Of a stretch of 64,000 nucleotides of DNA, positions 38,269 through 51,466 are shown piece by piece; within the stretch, counting starts at the first letter, position 1, and each line of letters opens with the position of its first letter. The notes beneath the pieces were generated by a model. The model was not told the DNA's origin, made no database searches, and saw only the letters and a program-made list of their open reading frames with translations. Made by a program: the position numbers and the translations under genes. The stretch is from assembly GCF_054482595.1 (NCBI RefSeq), contig NZ_CM137008.1. One strand, written 5' to 3'.

Positions 38269-39807
38269 TTAGTGCGCACCGCCTCCGCCGCCACCTGCGC
38301 CAAAGGGCGGTTTAGCAAACCACACCAGCCCCAGCAAGACGAGGAATATCCCGGCTGACATCCAGAAGATCTCATTTGCGGAAATAATCAGCCCCTGATT
38401 GGTGATCTGCTGGGCAATCCAGCCTGATGCCTGCTGTTGCGTCATCCCAAGTCCTTCCAGTTGACTGTACATCGCCTGGGCATTCGGGTTGAACGGGTTT
38501 ACCGACTCGGTTAACTGCGCATGGTGCATCGACTCGCGGTTGGTCCACATGGTTGTGGTTATCGACGTGCCGATAGACCCCGCCAGCGTACGCGTAAAGT
38601 TGGAGAGGCTCGATGCCGCCGCCAGTCGTTCCGGTGGCAAACCAGACAGCGTAATGGTGGTCAGCGGCATAAAGAAGCAGGCCACCGCAAACCCCTGGAT
38701 AAACTGCGGCCAGGCCGACGCGCCAAAATCCATACCTGGTTCAAAGGTATAGGCACGCCAGTAGAAGCAGACGGCATACATAATAAAGCTGAAGGTTACC
38801 AGTCGGCGCATATCCAGTTTATGCGCGAAGCGGCCGATAATCGGCGACAGTATCACTGGAATAATCCCTACCGGCGCAGAGGCCAAACCTGCCCAGGTCG
38901 CCGTGTAACCGTAGACCTCCTGCAACAACTGCGGCAGCAGAACAATCGCGCCGAAGTAGAGCATATACGCGAGGCTGATACACAAACAGCCGATGGTGAA
39001 GTTGCGCGACTTAAACAACGACAGATCGACTATCGGGTTATCGTCGGTCAGCTCCCAGACAATCAGGAAGCAGATAGCCACCACCGCCACCACGGTAAGG
39101 ATGATAATTTCCTGTGATGAAAACCAGTCCAGCTCTTTACCGCGGTCGAGCATAATCTGCAGGCTGCCTATACCAATAACCAGCAGTGCCAGCCCCACGG
39201 CATCAATCCGCCGCCGTTCGGTGCGGGTTTCGCGTCCGCGCAGAGTTTGCAGTGTCATCAACACCACCGCCACGCCAATCGGCACGTTGATGAAGAATAT
39301 CCAGCCCCAGTGGTAATTATCGCTGATATACCCGCCGAGGATTGGGCCGCAAATTGGCGCGACAATCACCGTCATCGACCACAACGCCAGCGCGATTGAG
39401 CGTTTGGCTGGCGGGTAATTATTCAGCAATAGACTTTGCGAAAGCGGGATCAACGGCCCGGCGACAATCCCCTGAATCACGCGGAAGAAGATCAGCATAT
39501 TCAGGCTGCTGGAGACACCACACGCCCACGACGCAATAGCAAAGGCGATGGTTGACCAGAGGAACAGTTTCACTTCCCCGACGCGCTTTGCCAGCCAGCC
39601 GGTAAGCGGGATCGAGATGGCATTCGCCACCCCGAAAGAAGTGATTACCCACGTTCCCTGGCTGAGCGATGAGCCCAGATTCCCGGCGATAGTGGGGATC
39701 GCCACGTTAGCAATGGTGGAGTCCAGCACCTGCATGAATGTCGCTAGTGACAGCGCAATCGTCATAATGACCAGTTGCGCGCCTTCCAGCGGTTTTTGCT
39801 GTTGCAT
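38269..39807 (-). CDS. emrB: EmrB, MFS multidrug efflux pump subunit (512 aa)
   Basis: Recognised start MQQQKPLEGAQLVIMTIALSLATFMQVLD (ATG 39805..39807); 14-TMS MFS protein. Confidence 0.93.
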   Translation of the reverse strand: MQQQKPLEGAQLVIMTIALSLATFMQVLDSTIANVAIPTIAGNLGSSLSQGTWVITSFGVANAISIPLTGWLAKRVGEVKLFLWSTIAFAIASWACGVSSSLNMLIFFRVIQGIVAGPLIPLSQSLLLNNYPPAKRSIALALWSMTVIVAPICGPILGGYISDNYHWGWIFFINVPIGVAVVLMTLQTLRGRETRTERRRIDAVGLALLVIGIGSLQIMLDRGKELDWFSSQEIIILTVVAVVAICFLIVWELTDDNPIVDLSLFKSRNFTIGCLCISLAYMLYFGAIVLLPQLLQEVYGYTATWAGLASAPVGIIPVILSPIIGRFAHKLDMRRLVTFSFIMYAVCFYWRAYTFEPGMDFGASAWPQFIQGFAVACFFMPLTTITLSGLPPERLAAASSLSNFTRTLAGSIGTSITTTMWTNRESMHHAQLTESVNPFNPNAQAMYSQLEGLGMTQQQASGWIAQQITNQGLIISANEIFWMSAGIFLVLLGLVWFAKPPFGAGGGGGGAH

Positions 39808-39823
39808 CACACGCACCTCTGGA

Positions 39824-40996
39824 TTAGCCAGCGTTAGCTTTTACGATATCGTCGATCAGTTTATTGACAGGTGCCAGGCTGATTTCACGCGCGGTGCTTA
39901 CCGCTACCGGAGTGGAACGTACTTTATTTGCCAGTACCTGACCGTCACGGTTAGTGGTATTGACGCTCACCAGCGTGGATAAACCGATACGCAGCGGATA
40001 TTGCTCCAGCTGTTTCTGGTCCAGTTCGATACGCACAGGCAGACGCTGAACGACTTTGATCCAGTTACCGGTCGCATTTTGCGCTGGAAGCAGTGAGAAC
40101 GCGCTACCTGTGCCCATATCCAGACCAACCACTTTACCGGTGTATTTCACATCATCGCCGTAAATATCGGTGGTGATGGTGACCGGCTGACCGATGCGCA
40201 TATTGGCAATCTGCGTCTCTTTAAAGTTGGCATCCACCCACATATTGGTGGCTGGAACGACCGCCATCAGCGGCGTCGTTGGGCTAATTTGCGCCCCAGG
40301 CTGTACCGCGCGGCGGGAGACATAACCGGTCATCGGACTGACAATACGAGTACGCTCCAGCGCCAGCCAGGCGTTACGTACTTCGGTGGCAGCCTGTTGC
40401 ACGGCAGGCTGATCTTCCAGTTTAGTCCCCAGAATCATCGCCTGATTGGCATTGTATTGTTGAATCGCGACGTCCAGTTGCGCCTGGGCACTGGTAACGG
40501 CGTCGCGGGCGTGTTGCAGCTCTTCGCGACCAATCAGGTTGGCATTGCCCAGCGGCACACGGCGGTTGTAGTCGCTTTGTGCTTTCGCGAGGGCGATTTT
40601 TTGCACCTCAATATTCGCCTGCAACTGTTTGCTGTTAATCATCAGCTGGTGGGTTTGGCGAACGCTGGAAGCCAGTGCAGTTTTGGCTTTTTCAAACGCC
40701 TGGCGAGCATCTGTCGGGTCGAGAGTGACCAGCACGTCGCCTTCTTTTACAAAATCGGTGTTATCGGCCCAGACTTTCGTCACGCTGCCAGACACCTGAG
40801 ACATAATTTGAATTTGATTCCCTGCCACGTATGCGTCATCGGTTTCTTCGAAGTGACGCAGTACCAAAAACCAATAAATCCCTATCGCTACGGCAATAAT
40901 TATAAAGAGCAAGGTGAGAAGGAGGAGCAGACGCTTACGTTTGCCGCTCTTCTTTACCGGTTGCTGCGGGGTTTGAGTCTCCGCATTTGCGCTCAT
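39824..40996 (-). CDS. emrA: EmrA, multidrug efflux periplasmic adaptor protein (390 aa)
   Basis: Recognised start MSANAETQTPQQPVKKSGKRKR; single N-terminal TM then coiled-coil/HlyD-family fold. Confidence 0.93.
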   Translation of the reverse strand: MSANAETQTPQQPVKKSGKRKRLLLLLTLLFIIIAVAIGIYWFLVLRHFEETDDAYVAGNQIQIMSQVSGSVTKVWADNTDFVKEGDVLVTLDPTDARQAFEKAKTALASSVRQTHQLMINSKQLQANIEVQKIALAKAQSDYNRRVPLGNANLIGREELQHARDAVTSAQAQLDVAIQQYNANQAMILGTKLEDQPAVQQAATEVRNAWLALERTRIVSPMTGYVSRRAVQPGAQISPTTPLMAVVPATNMWVDANFKETQIANMRIGQPVTITTDIYGDDVKYTGKVVGLDMGTGSAFSLLPAQNATGNWIKVVQRLPVRIELDQKQLEQYPLRIGLSTLVSVNTTNRDGQVLANKVRSTPVAVSTAREISLAPVNKLIDDIVKANAG

Positions 40997-41122
40997 ATTG
41001 TTCTCCACGATCTTCTTAACTCATCGGCTGAGCCGACCTGCTTGCCAAAAAGGCCAGCATGTTGCGATGCTGGCCAGTCATTTTTTCTTTTATAAATCTG
41101 GATTTTTGAGCGAGATGACGCG

Positions 41123-41653
41123 TTAGCTCATCGCTTCGAGAACCACACCGTCTTGTTCCATCTGGTCGAGACGGGAGAGCAATTTGCGGGTGATTTGCTC
41201 GAGCTGATCTTTTTCTGTTGTGCTGAGCGCGGACCAGAGTTGATGCAGGCAGTTATGCTGCGGTGGTAAAACCTCGCGCAAAAACTCGTGACCTTTTTCC
41301 GTTAATTGCAGATGCAGGCAGCGGCGATCATTATCGCTTTCACGACGTTCGATCCAACCGCGTTTTTCCAGTTCATCGGCAATACGCGTCGCGTTGGTAC
41401 GGGATGATCCAAGAGCACAACTTAATTCAGAAGGCTGAATACTGTGGTTTTCCTGAGACTCCAGCGTAATCAACGCCATAAACAACGTCTCGTTAATCCC
41501 CTGAGCCTTCAGCATTTTATTGCGGTTCTCCAGCAGCTTGCTTTGCATGTGCATGCAAAGACGAGTCAGAAGGATCTCCTGATAAGGAAAATCTTCGTGG
41601 CGGCTGGCGCGAAATTTTAGCATTTGTTCAATGGGCGTAAACGAACTATCCAT
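41123..41653 (-). CDS. mprA: MprA (EmrR), MarR-family repressor of emrRAB (176 aa)
   Basis: [32 protein letters not shown]..., MarR winged-helix; first gene of the emr operon. Confidence 0.93.
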
Positions 41654-41743
41654 TTGGGTATGACCTCATTAATTTCAGCCGATATAGTAACGACAGTGAC
41701 AAATAAAGTAAATGTATTGTTTTAGAAAAATGATTCTTGTGGG

Positions 41744-42079
41744 TTATATAATCGCCATCACTTTCCAGGCGAGCCCATAGGCCAGCGCACTAAGCAGTGT
41801 TGGGATGATAATGCTGCGTGTTTTATAGAAACTGGCACCCAGTACCGCGAAGCCGACCAGCGTGGGCACGAAACGGCGTGTATCGTGCATCACTTCTGGT
41901 GCGGTAGAGACAACCAGCAGAGCGCATATCGAGGCGATGCCAATGGTGTCGAGCAAAATACCTACCGCGCCACGTTTGGTTGGGCGGGCATTACCCACAC
42001 GCAGGCGCAGCGGCAAATAGCGGAAGCAATAATTCGCTGCGCCAACCAGTAACCCAAGCAGCAGAACCTCATAGCTCAT
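41744..42079 (-). CDS. ygaH: YgaH, L-valine exporter small subunit (AzlD-like, 111 aa)
   Basis: Small hydrophobic protein; start overlaps the ygaZ stop by 11 nt. Confidence 0.88.
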   Translation of the reverse strand: MSYEVLLLGLLVGAANYCFRYLPLRLRVGNARPTKRGAVGILLDTIGIASICALLVVSTAPEVMHDTRRFVPTLVGFAVLGASFYKTRSIIIPTLLSALAYGLAWKVMAII

Positions 42080-42806
42080 CGGGCGCTCCTTGCCAGAATG
42101 CCTGGATTAACGCAGTGAGGCAGCCACAGACAATGCCTGCCAGAATGGCGACGGGAATAGAAAATAGCGTTACGCCTGCAAGGGCACCAACTAACGCTGC
42201 GGTAACGCAAAGAGATTGTTTGCGCTGGAAAGAGGCGAGCAGGAAACTCATAAAGAGTGCCGGAAGCATAAAACCTAATGCTGCTTCAACGGCGGGATAA
42301 CCTTGCAGCAAGCCGCTGCCGGAGAATGCCCCTATTACCGTACCAAATACCCACGATGACCATGAACTGAAGGCAATGCCGATCATCCAGTTCTCGCTCC
42401 AGCGGCGATTATTGCGTACCAGTTTTGCGGTGGCGGCGGCAAAAACCTCATCCGTCAGGCCAAACGCCCATAGGGCGGTTTTCGATTTTTGCAGACGCTG
42501 AATAATACGGCTACGCAGTGACGGGCCATACAACACATGGCGAACATCCATTGCCATGACGGTCAGTGCAGCAACCCACAAACTACTCCCGGCTGCCAGC
42601 ATCGCGGTAATGACGAACTGGCTCGCGCCTGCATAAATGATGCAGGAGAAAAAAACGCTTTCGAGAGGAGAGAATCCCAGACGGGTCGCATTCAGACCGA
42701 ACGCAAAGGCCACCGGAATATAACTAATAACAATCGGTAAACTGTCTTTGCATCCTTCCATGAAGGTCGCCGAACCAGGAGCAGGCTGTGGAGTAGGGCT
42801 TTCCAT
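42069..42806 (-). CDS. ygaZ: YgaZ, L-valine exporter large subunit (AzlC family, 245 aa)
   Basis: Polytopic membrane protein [26 protein letters not shown]...; context. Confidence 0.88.
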   Translation of the reverse strand: MESPTPQPAPGSATFMEGCKDSLPIVISYIPVAFAFGLNATRLGFSPLESVFFSCIIYAGASQFVITAMLAAGSSLWVAALTVMAMDVRHVLYGPSLRSRIIQRLQKSKTALWAFGLTDEVFAAATAKLVRNNRRWSENWMIGIAFSSWSSWVFGTVIGAFSGSGLLQGYPAVEAALGFMLPALFMSFLLASFQRKQSLCVTAALVGALAGVTLFSIPVAILAGIVCGCLTALIQAFWQGAPDEL

Positions 42807-42929
42807 AGAGTGTACGCTTAACGATTGTTAATATTATAAATAGACTGAATGAATATCTTAACCTTATCAGACTGATGGGCTTCTTAACACCCTTATAAGT
42901 GTAAAGCCACGAAAACGGTTGCTGATTGC

Positions 42930-44114
42930 TTAATTTGCGGCTTCCTGACGATGAAAACCTCGCCACCAGACCAGTAAGTTAACCAGGGCAATTGTCGCGC
43001 CAGCCAGACAAACGCCAGCCCAACCGCCATGTTGCCAGGCTGAGGCTGAAATTAGCGAACCGGCGGCACCGCCAATAAAGTAGCTGGTCATGTAACCTGC
43101 AGTCAGGCGATTACGCGCATCAGGATGTATTCGATAAATTACCGTCTGGTTAGTGATATGCACGCCCTGTACGGTGAGGTCCAGCACCAGAATGCCGATA
43201 ATCAACGCCAGTACGGAAGTGTGACCAAACCAGATTGCCAGCCATGAAAGTAATAGCAGCAGCAGACCGAAAGTTGTGGTGTGGTGCGATTTGCCCTTGT
43301 CGGCAAAACCGCCCGCCGGACGAGCGCTCAACGCTCCGGCAGCTCCCGCAAGCCCAAACAGACCAATGACACCATCGCTGTAGTTAAAAGGTGGAGCGGC
43401 AAGCAAAAAGGCCATTGAGGTCCAGAGAATGCTGAAGTTGGCAAAGGTCAGGCAGCCCAGCAACGCGCGGGTGCGCAGGATCTTATTGCTGATAAACATA
43501 CTGAAAACGGAACCCAACAACTGTGGGTAATTGAGGTGGGTTTCTGATTTCATTTGTGGCAGACCACGCCATAATGCCAGCGCCATCAGTGCCATTAACA
43601 CCGAGGCAACCCAAAAGACGGTGCGCCAGCCGCCGAGGTTTGCCAGTAACCCGGCAACGGTTCGTGCCAGCAAGATCCCCAACAGCAGACCGCTCATAAT
43701 GGTGCCAACCACTTTGCCGCGTTTGTCCGGTGAAGCCAGCGTCGCTGCCAGTGGAACCAGAATTTGTGCCACGACTGAGAATAAACCGGTTAATGCCGTA
43801 CCGAGGATCATCATCGCCAGCGACTGACTGCTGGCGGTAATCAACATGCCGCATGCCGCCAGTAAGGTCATCGAGACAATCAGGCGGCGGCGTTCAAACA
43901 TATCACCGAGGGGAACAAGAAACAGTAGACCTGCGGCATAGCCCAACTGCGCGGCGGTAACAATAAAGCCTGCCGAACTGGCGGAAAGGGAAAAGTTACG
44001 CGCGATGGTGTCGAGCAATGGCTGGGCGTAATAGTTACTGGCGACCGCCAGACCGGTGGCGATAGACATCAGCACGATCAGCGCCGGGCTAAGCTCATGA
44101 TTAGGTTTAGTCAT
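42930..44114 (-). CDS. ygaY: YgaY, MFS transporter, intact 394-aa reading frame
   Basis: Uninterrupted MFS-like ORF (12 predicted TMS pattern) between ygaZ and proX. Confidence 0.85.
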   Translation of the reverse strand: MTKPNHELSPALIVLMSIATGLAVASNYYAQPLLDTIARNFSLSASSAGFIVTAAQLGYAAGLLFLVPLGDMFERRRLIVSMTLLAACGMLITASSQSLAMMILGTALTGLFSVVAQILVPLAATLASPDKRGKVVGTIMSGLLLGILLARTVAGLLANLGGWRTVFWVASVLMALMALALWRGLPQMKSETHLNYPQLLGSVFSMFISNKILRTRALLGCLTFANFSILWTSMAFLLAAPPFNYSDGVIGLFGLAGAAGALSARPAGGFADKGKSHHTTTFGLLLLLLSWLAIWFGHTSVLALIIGILVLDLTVQGVHITNQTVIYRIHPDARNRLTAGYMTSYFIGGAAGSLISASAWQHGGWAGVCLAGATIALVNLLVWWRGFHRQEAAN

Positions 44115-44213
44115 TATTTTTGTTCATCAGGTGATGATTAAGCTGGAAATCAATAATAGCGGATGTTGATGAATATGGGATGAAAGATAGATTGTTGAAA
44201 TGTGCGGTGTGGT

Positions 44214-44297
<84 letters not shown>

Positions 44298-44305
44298 AAT
44301 AAAAA

Positions 44306-45298
44306 TTACTTCTGCGCTGCCAACGCCTCATTCACCCAGCCATCGAACTGTTGCTGGTGGGCTTTGATCCAGCCATCAACGTGGCCCTGAATATCGCCTT
44401 CTGAGGCTTTGCCGTCATGCATAATGGCGTTCTGGGCGTTAATATCTGCCACTGGCAACTGCATAATGGCAAACAGTTTCGCTGCTGCCGGGTTTTTCTC
44501 GGCCCAGGCTTTATTGGCAACGATATGCATGGTGCTGACCGGGAAGCCGTAATTCGCGCCATTCGGCAGTTTGGTATCGGCATTTTTATCGCCCGGCAGT
44601 GCAGAGAACGGCACCTGCAACCAGACCACATCTTTCCCTGGCTTCAGCTCATTACTCACCCAGTACGGCGTCCAGGTGTAGTAAAACACCGGTTTGCCCT
44701 CTTTGTAACGACTGATGGTGTCAGCCATCATCGCCGCGTAGTTCCCCTGATTATGCGTCACGGTATTGGTCAGTTCATACGCGGCAAGCTGGTGGTTGAT
44801 CGCCCCTTCGCAGCCCCAGCCAGGGTTACAGCCAGTCAAATCCGCTTTACCGTCGCCGTTGGTATCGAACAGTTTGGCGATCTTCGGATCTTTTAGTTGT
44901 GCGATGTTGGTGATTTTGTACTGGTCGGCGGTTTTCTTATCGATCAGGTAACCCTGTGCCGCGCCGTTAACAAATACCCCTTCACGATAAAATTTCTTAT
45001 CGCCACCGGCAGCTTCGTACATGTTGTCATGCAGTGGCGTCCAGTTCACGGCGGTGAAGGTTGCATCGCCGGAAGCAAGCGAGGTGTAGCCAACGTTGTA
45101 ATCCACTTCGCTGGGTTTATTGACGGTATAACCTAATTTCTCCAGCGCACGACTGACCAGCAGTGTCTGGAAGGTTTCTTCGGTGATGGTGCTTTGAACT
45201 GGATTAACAGTAATGCCTTTGCCCGGCAGATCGGCAGCAAAAGTTTGTGTAGAGATAAGCGTGGCAAACGCTGTCGCAAAAAGTACGCTATGTCGCAT
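44306..45298 (-). CDS. proX: ProX, glycine betaine/proline ABC transporter periplasmic binding protein (330 aa)
   Basis: Recognised start [21 protein letters not shown] (signal peptide) at ATG 45296..45298; ORF track began 48 nt upstream. Confidence 0.93.
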
Positions 45299-45354
45299 TG
45301 TTATTCCTTTTTTTGGCAGGGTGATATGCCCGGCGTCACCGGGCAAGTGCAGAG

Positions 45355-46419
45355 TTACTTAATGAATGGGCGGGTCAGCAGACCGACAGGGCCAGTGGTG
45401 TACCAGCGACGGTTGCCGCGACTGCGTGAGTCGCGCCCAACGGCCTGCGTCAGACGATCGAGGATAATGGCGAGGATCACAATCCCGACGCCGCCAACGG
45501 TGGCAAGCCCCATATCCAGACGACCGATACCGCGAAGTACCATCTGACCCAGCCCGCCGACGGCAATCATCGAGGCGATGACCACCATAGAAAGGGCCAG
45601 CATCAGCGTCTGGTTAACGCCCGCCATAATGGTCGGCATCGCCAGCGGTAACTGAACTTTGAACAGCATCTGGCGCGGGCTGGCACCGAATGAGCGCGAG
45701 GCTTCAATCAGATCCGCCGGAACCTGGTTAATCCCCAGAATGGTCAGACGGATAATCGGCGGCAGAGCAAAGATGATCGTCACCACCACGCCCGGCACGT
45801 TACCGATACCAAATAGCATGACGATTGGCACCAGATAAACAAACGCTGGCGTGGTCTGCATGGCATCAAGCAGTGGACGAATAATTTTCGCCGCTCGCGG
45901 ACTTCTCGCCAGCCAGATCCCCAACGGCAAACCGATGACGATACAGAACAGCAGGGCGGTTAACACCAGCGCCAGAGTCACCATTGCCTGCGACCAGGCA
46001 CCGATTGCGCCGATGGCAATCAGCGAAACCAGCGTCGCCACACCCATTCCGACCCCGGAAATCTGCCAGGCGATGAGAGCGAAAACGATAATCGCCACCG
46101 GTGCGGGCATACCCAGCAGCAATTGCTGGAAACCGTTGAGGATATAATCAACCGGAACGCGCACGCCCTGGAAGACGGGACGGAAATGGGTAACGACCCA
46201 GTCGATCCCTTCAGTGACCCAACTGTCGAGCGGGATCAGCGTTTTATGGAACGGATCGAGAATATTAAAATGCTCGACGTTTGGCGCAGGCGTACTGGTC
46301 AGCCAGTCAGCACCACCGCCGTCAGTCGGTGCAGTCGCCGGTGTACCCCAGGCGTCTGCGGATTGTGCGGCACTGTCCGCCGCTGGCGTGGTATCCCACG
46401 GATTATTTTGATCAGCCAT
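45355..46419 (-). CDS. proW: ProW, glycine betaine/proline ABC transporter permease (354 aa)
   Basis: [25 protein letters not shown]... followed by an ABC permease domain; overlaps proV stop. Confidence 0.93.
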
Positions 46420-47614
46420 TATTTACCCCCTCACGATCTAAAGCGCGCAGCAGCATTCCTTTCGAAATGATGCCGACATACTGTTGGTCCTCGTCGACCA
46501 CGGGCACCGCACAGGGTGCCTGTCCGACATGAGAGAGCAACTCGCTAAGAGGCGTTTGTGCATCGACTGCTAACGGCGCATCAATCAGCGCCGCATCAAG
46601 ACCTTGCTGCTGCGTTAACGCGGTTTTAAGCGAATCGATGGAGACAGCGCCGACAAACTTATTACCGCGTTCGATAACGTAGCCATATTCGCGATCTTCA
46701 TCCTGCAATAATTTCAGTGCCGAACGTGGGCCGAAGCCAGGGGTTTTACGAATTAAGCCATTTGGTGTCCGGCGGGCAATATCTTTCGCACTGAATACCT
46801 GACTAATATCAACGCCACGGAAGAAGGTACGGACATAATCATTCGCCGGATTATTGAGAATTTCATCCGGTGTGCCGACCTGTACCACTTCACCATTTTG
46901 CATAATGGCAATTCGGTCGCCAATACGCATGGCTTCATCGAGATCGTGGGAAATAAAGACAATGGTGCGCTGATGTTTCGCCTGTAATTTTACCAGCTCA
47001 TCCTGCATCTCGGTGCGAATTAATGGATCGAGCGCCGAGAAGGCTTCATCCATTAATAAAATATCCGGATTAATTGCTAACGCGCGGGCTAATCCCACAC
47101 GTTGACGCATCCCGCCAGAGAGTTCATCCGGGTAGCTGTGGGCATAATTTTCCAGCCCGACCTGACGCAGTGCATCAATGGCTTTTTCCCGGCGTTCTTC
47201 GGCATTAATTCCGGCCAATTCCATACCAAACGCAGTATTGTCCAGCACGGTCATATGCGGCATTAAGGCAAAGGACTGGAAGACCATCGCAATCTTTTTT
47301 CTGCGCACCTCACGGAGTTCGGCGTCGGATATTTTGGCAATATCCACACCATCAATCAGTACTTGCCCGCGGGTGGGTTCAATCAGGCGATTGAGAAGGC
47401 GTACCATTGTGGATTTACCCGAACCGGATAATCCCATGATGACAAATATCTCGCCTTCTTCAATGGCCAGACTGGCGTCTTTTACGCCAAGCGATAGCCC
47501 AGTTTTTTCCAGAATTTGTTCTTTTGAAAGTCCTTGTTCGATATATTTGAAAGCTCGCTGTGGATGCTCACCAAATATTTTATAAAGATTTTTAATTTCT
47601 AATTTAATTGCCAT
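46412..47614 (-). CDS. proV: ProV, glycine betaine/proline ABC transporter ATPase with C-terminal CBS domains (400 aa)
   Basis: Walker [13 protein letters not shown] signature LSGGMRQR, then CBS pair. Confidence 0.95.
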   Translation of the reverse strand: MAIKLEIKNLYKIFGEHPQRAFKYIEQGLSKEQILEKTGLSLGVKDASLAIEEGEIFVIMGLSGSGKSTMVRLLNRLIEPTRGQVLIDGVDIAKISDAELREVRRKKIAMVFQSFALMPHMTVLDNTAFGMELAGINAEERREKAIDALRQVGLENYAHSYPDELSGGMRQRVGLARALAINPDILLMDEAFSALDPLIRTEMQDELVKLQAKHQRTIVFISHDLDEAMRIGDRIAIMQNGEVVQVGTPDEILNNPANDYVRTFFRGVDISQVFSAKDIARRTPNGLIRKTPGFGPRSALKLLQDEDREYGYVIERGNKFVGAVSIDSLKTALTQQQGLDAALIDAPLAVDAQTPLSELLSHVGQAPCAVPVVDEDQQYVGIISKGMLLRALDREGVNNG

Positions 47615-47969
47615 GCAATAGAAAGATTCCTGTTATTTGTTTATGTCGATACATTACCCAATGGAAATAGTCACTTTTTTCTACCCTAACATACTGAGAA
47701 TCTGAGGCAACCCCTGAGGGCAAATGTGGCATGAATATTGATGTGAGCAAATCGCCGGAATTTCCCGTGATATAAGGGCTGAGAGCAAATCGAGAAAAGT
47801 TGATATTTTTTGTCAAAGATAGCGAAAAAACGCCTGAATATTGTGGTTTCAGGCGAATAATGCAACAGAGTATCAGTGTAGATCACCACAAAATATTTGC
47901 GTGATAAAAAGCTATTTGGCGGGAATTATTTCCCTGTCGCGGGTAGTGATATTTTTGAAAATAACACCC

Positions 47970-48938
<969 letters not shown>

Positions 48939-51083
48939 TTAAAGTGCACAGGAGACGCAGCCTTCAATTTCAGTGCCTTCCAGCGCCATCTGACGCAGGC
49001 GGATGTAATAGAGCGTTTTGATACCCTTGCGCCAGGCGTAAATCTGCGCTTTGTTGATATCGCGAGTGGTGGCGGTATCGGGGAAAAACAGCGTCAGCGA
49101 CAGCCCCTGATCGACATGGCGAGTCGCTTCCGCGTAGGTGTCGATGATCTTTTCTGCGCCGATTTCGTAAGCGTCCTGATATAGCGCCAGATTTTCGTTA
49201 GTCATAAACGGGGCAGGGTAGTAAACGCGTCCTGTTTTGCCCTCTTTGCGTATCTCTACTTTCGCCACAATCGGATGAATACTCGACGTAGCATGGTTGA
49301 TATAAGAGATAGAACCGGTTGGCGGCACCGCCTGGAGATTCTGGTTGTAAATGCCGTATCGCATCACGTCATCGCGCAGTTGCGCCCACATCTCACGGGT
49401 AGGTAACGTAATACCGCTGCGGGCAAACAGTTCGCCAACTTTCGCCGTTTTCGGCTGCCAGTTACCTTGCAGATATTGGCTGAAATATTCACCACTGGCA
49501 TAGCGTGACTGTTTGAACCCGGCGAAGGTTTGACCGCGTTCGCGCGCCAGCAACATCGAGGTACGCAGTGCGTGCCAGGTGATGGTATAGAAATAGAGAT
49601 TGGTGAAATCCAGTGCTTCCGGCGAACCATAAGCGATGCCTTCCCTCGCCAGATAACCATGTAAATTCATCTGCCCCAGTCCGATGGCGTGCGAGGCGGC
49701 ATTTCCGGCTTCGATGGAGGGCACGCTGCGGATATGACTCATATCTGACACCGCCGTTAAACCGCGTACGGCAGTCTCTACCGTGCGGGCAAAGTCGGGG
49801 GAATCCATGGTGTGGGCAATATTCAACGAACCTAAATTGCAGGAGATATCATGGCCTGTGCGGGCATAGTCGAGATTCTCGTTATACTCTGAGGCGCTGT
49901 TAACCTGCAAAATTTCTGAGCAGAGATTACTCATATTTATGCGCCCGGCGATAGGGTTAGCACGGTTTACCGTGTCTTCATACATGATGTACGGATAGCC
50001 AGACTCAAACTGGATTTCTGCCAGTCGCTGGAAGAAATCACGGGCGTTGAGGTATTTTTTGCGAATGCGTTCATCGGCAACCAGTTCGTCATAGTGTTGG
50101 CTGATGGCCACATCGGCAAACGGCTTGCCATAAACTCGCTCTACGTCATAAGGCGAAAACAGCGCCATCTGCGCATTCTCTTTTGCCAGATGGAAAGTGA
50201 TATCCGGGATCACCACGCCCAGCGACAGTGTTTTAATGCGGATTTTTTCGTCGGCATTTTCCCGTTTCGTGTCGAGAAAACGCAGAATATCGGGATGATG
50301 AGCATGTAAATAGACTGCACCAGCCCCCTGACGAGCGCCGAGTTGGTTGGCATAGGAAAATGCGTCTTCCAGCATTTTCATCACCGGAATTACGCCAGAA
50401 GATTGATTTTCAATACGTTTAATTGGCGCGCCCGCTTCTCGCAGATTCGACAGCAAAAATGCCACGCCGCCGCCGCGTTTCGACAGTTGTAGTGCGGAAT
50501 TTACCGCCCGGCCAATCGACTCCATATTGTCTTCAATACGCAGCAGAAAACAGGAAACCAGTTCGCCGCGCTGCTGCTTACCGCAGTTGAGGAATGTCGG
50601 CGTGGCTGGCTGAAAGCGTCCTGACAGCATCTCATCAGTGAGCTGCGTCGCCAGTGTTTCATCGCCTTGTGCCAGCGTCAGCGCCACCATCGTGACTCGA
50701 TCGGCAAAATCTTCCAGATAACGTTTACCGTCGAATGTCTTCAACGTATAGCTGGTGTAAAACTTCCATGCCCCGAGGAATGTCTGGAAACGAAAACCGC
50801 TGGTGTGTGCGTGGGCAAACAGCGTAATGACAAAGTCGCGAGGGTAGCGATTAAGAACGCTTTCATCATAGTAACCTTCGTTGACCAGCCAGTTCAGGCG
50901 CTGCTGCTGGCTACTGAAGGTCACACTGTTCGGACGCACATGCGTCGCAATAAAGGCGTCAACGGCCTGGCGGTCTTTATCGAACTGAATGCGACCTGCG
51001 CTATCGTAGAGGTTAAGCATCGCATTCAGCGCGTGATAATCCATCGTTTCCTGCGTCAGGCGTTCTGCGGTTGTCGTTGCCAA
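48939..51083 (-). CDS. nrdE: NrdE, class Ib ribonucleotide reductase alpha subunit (714 aa)
   Basis: [27 protein letters not shown]...; RNR large-subunit catalytic motifs including NLCSEI. Confidence 0.95.
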   Translation of the reverse strand: MATTTAERLTQETMDYHALNAMLNLYDSAGRIQFDKDRQAVDAFIATHVRPNSVTFSSQQQRLNWLVNEGYYDESVLNRYPRDFVITLFAHAHTSGFRFQTFLGAWKFYTSYTLKTFDGKRYLEDFADRVTMVALTLAQGDETLATQLTDEMLSGRFQPATPTFLNCGKQQRGELVSCFLLRIEDNMESIGRAVNSALQLSKRGGGVAFLLSNLREAGAPIKRIENQSSGVIPVMKMLEDAFSYANQLGARQGAGAVYLHAHHPDILRFLDTKRENADEKIRIKTLSLGVVIPDITFHLAKENAQMALFSPYDVERVYGKPFADVAISQHYDELVADERIRKKYLNARDFFQRLAEIQFESGYPYIMYEDTVNRANPIAGRINMSNLCSEILQVNSASEYNENLDYARTGHDISCNLGSLNIAHTMDSPDFARTVETAVRGLTAVSDMSHIRSVPSIEAGNAASHAIGLGQMNLHGYLAREGIAYGSPEALDFTNLYFYTITWHALRTSMLLARERGQTFAGFKQSRYASGEYFSQYLQGNWQPKTAKVGELFARSGITLPTREMWAQLRDDVMRYGIYNQNLQAVPPTGSISYINHATSSIHPIVAKVEIRKEGKTGRVYYPAPFMTNENLALYQDAYEIGAEKIIDTYAEATRHVDQGLSLTLFFPDTATTRDINKAQIYAWRKGIKTLYYIRLRQMALEGTEIEGCVSCAL

Positions 51084-51466
51084 AATTCGGTTACTCCTTT
51101 ACGAACGTTTTCGATATCGCTTTGCGTACCCATGAGTTCAAAACGGTACAGCCACGGCACGCCGCATTTCCGGGCAATCACATCTCCGGCGCGGCCATAC
51201 GCCTCACCAAAGTTGCGATTACCCGAAGCAATAACGCCGCGCAGCAATGCCCGGTTATGCTCGTTGTTTAAAAAGCGAATTACCTGTCGTGGCACCGCGC
51301 CAGCCGTACCGCCGCCGCCGTAAGAGGGCACGATCAGGATGTAAGGCTCGTCTACCTGAATCCGTTCCCGCTCATTGAGCGGGATGCGCACCGCGGGCAG
51401 CCCTAAACGTTCGATAAAACGCTGCGTATTTTCGGAGCTGCTGGAGAAGTAGACGAGCTGGCTCAT
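51056..51466 (-). CDS. nrdI: NrdI, flavodoxin-like RNR Ib activation protein (136 aa)
   Basis: [30 protein letters not shown]...; 3' end overlaps the nrdE start by 28 nt. Confidence 0.93.
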   Translation of the reverse strand: MSQLVYFSSSSENTQRFIERLGLPAVRIPLNERERIQVDEPYILIVPSYGGGGTAGAVPRQVIRFLNNEHNRALLRGVIASGNRNFGEAYGRAGDVIARKCGVPWLYRFELMGTQSDIENVRKGVTEFWQRQPQNA

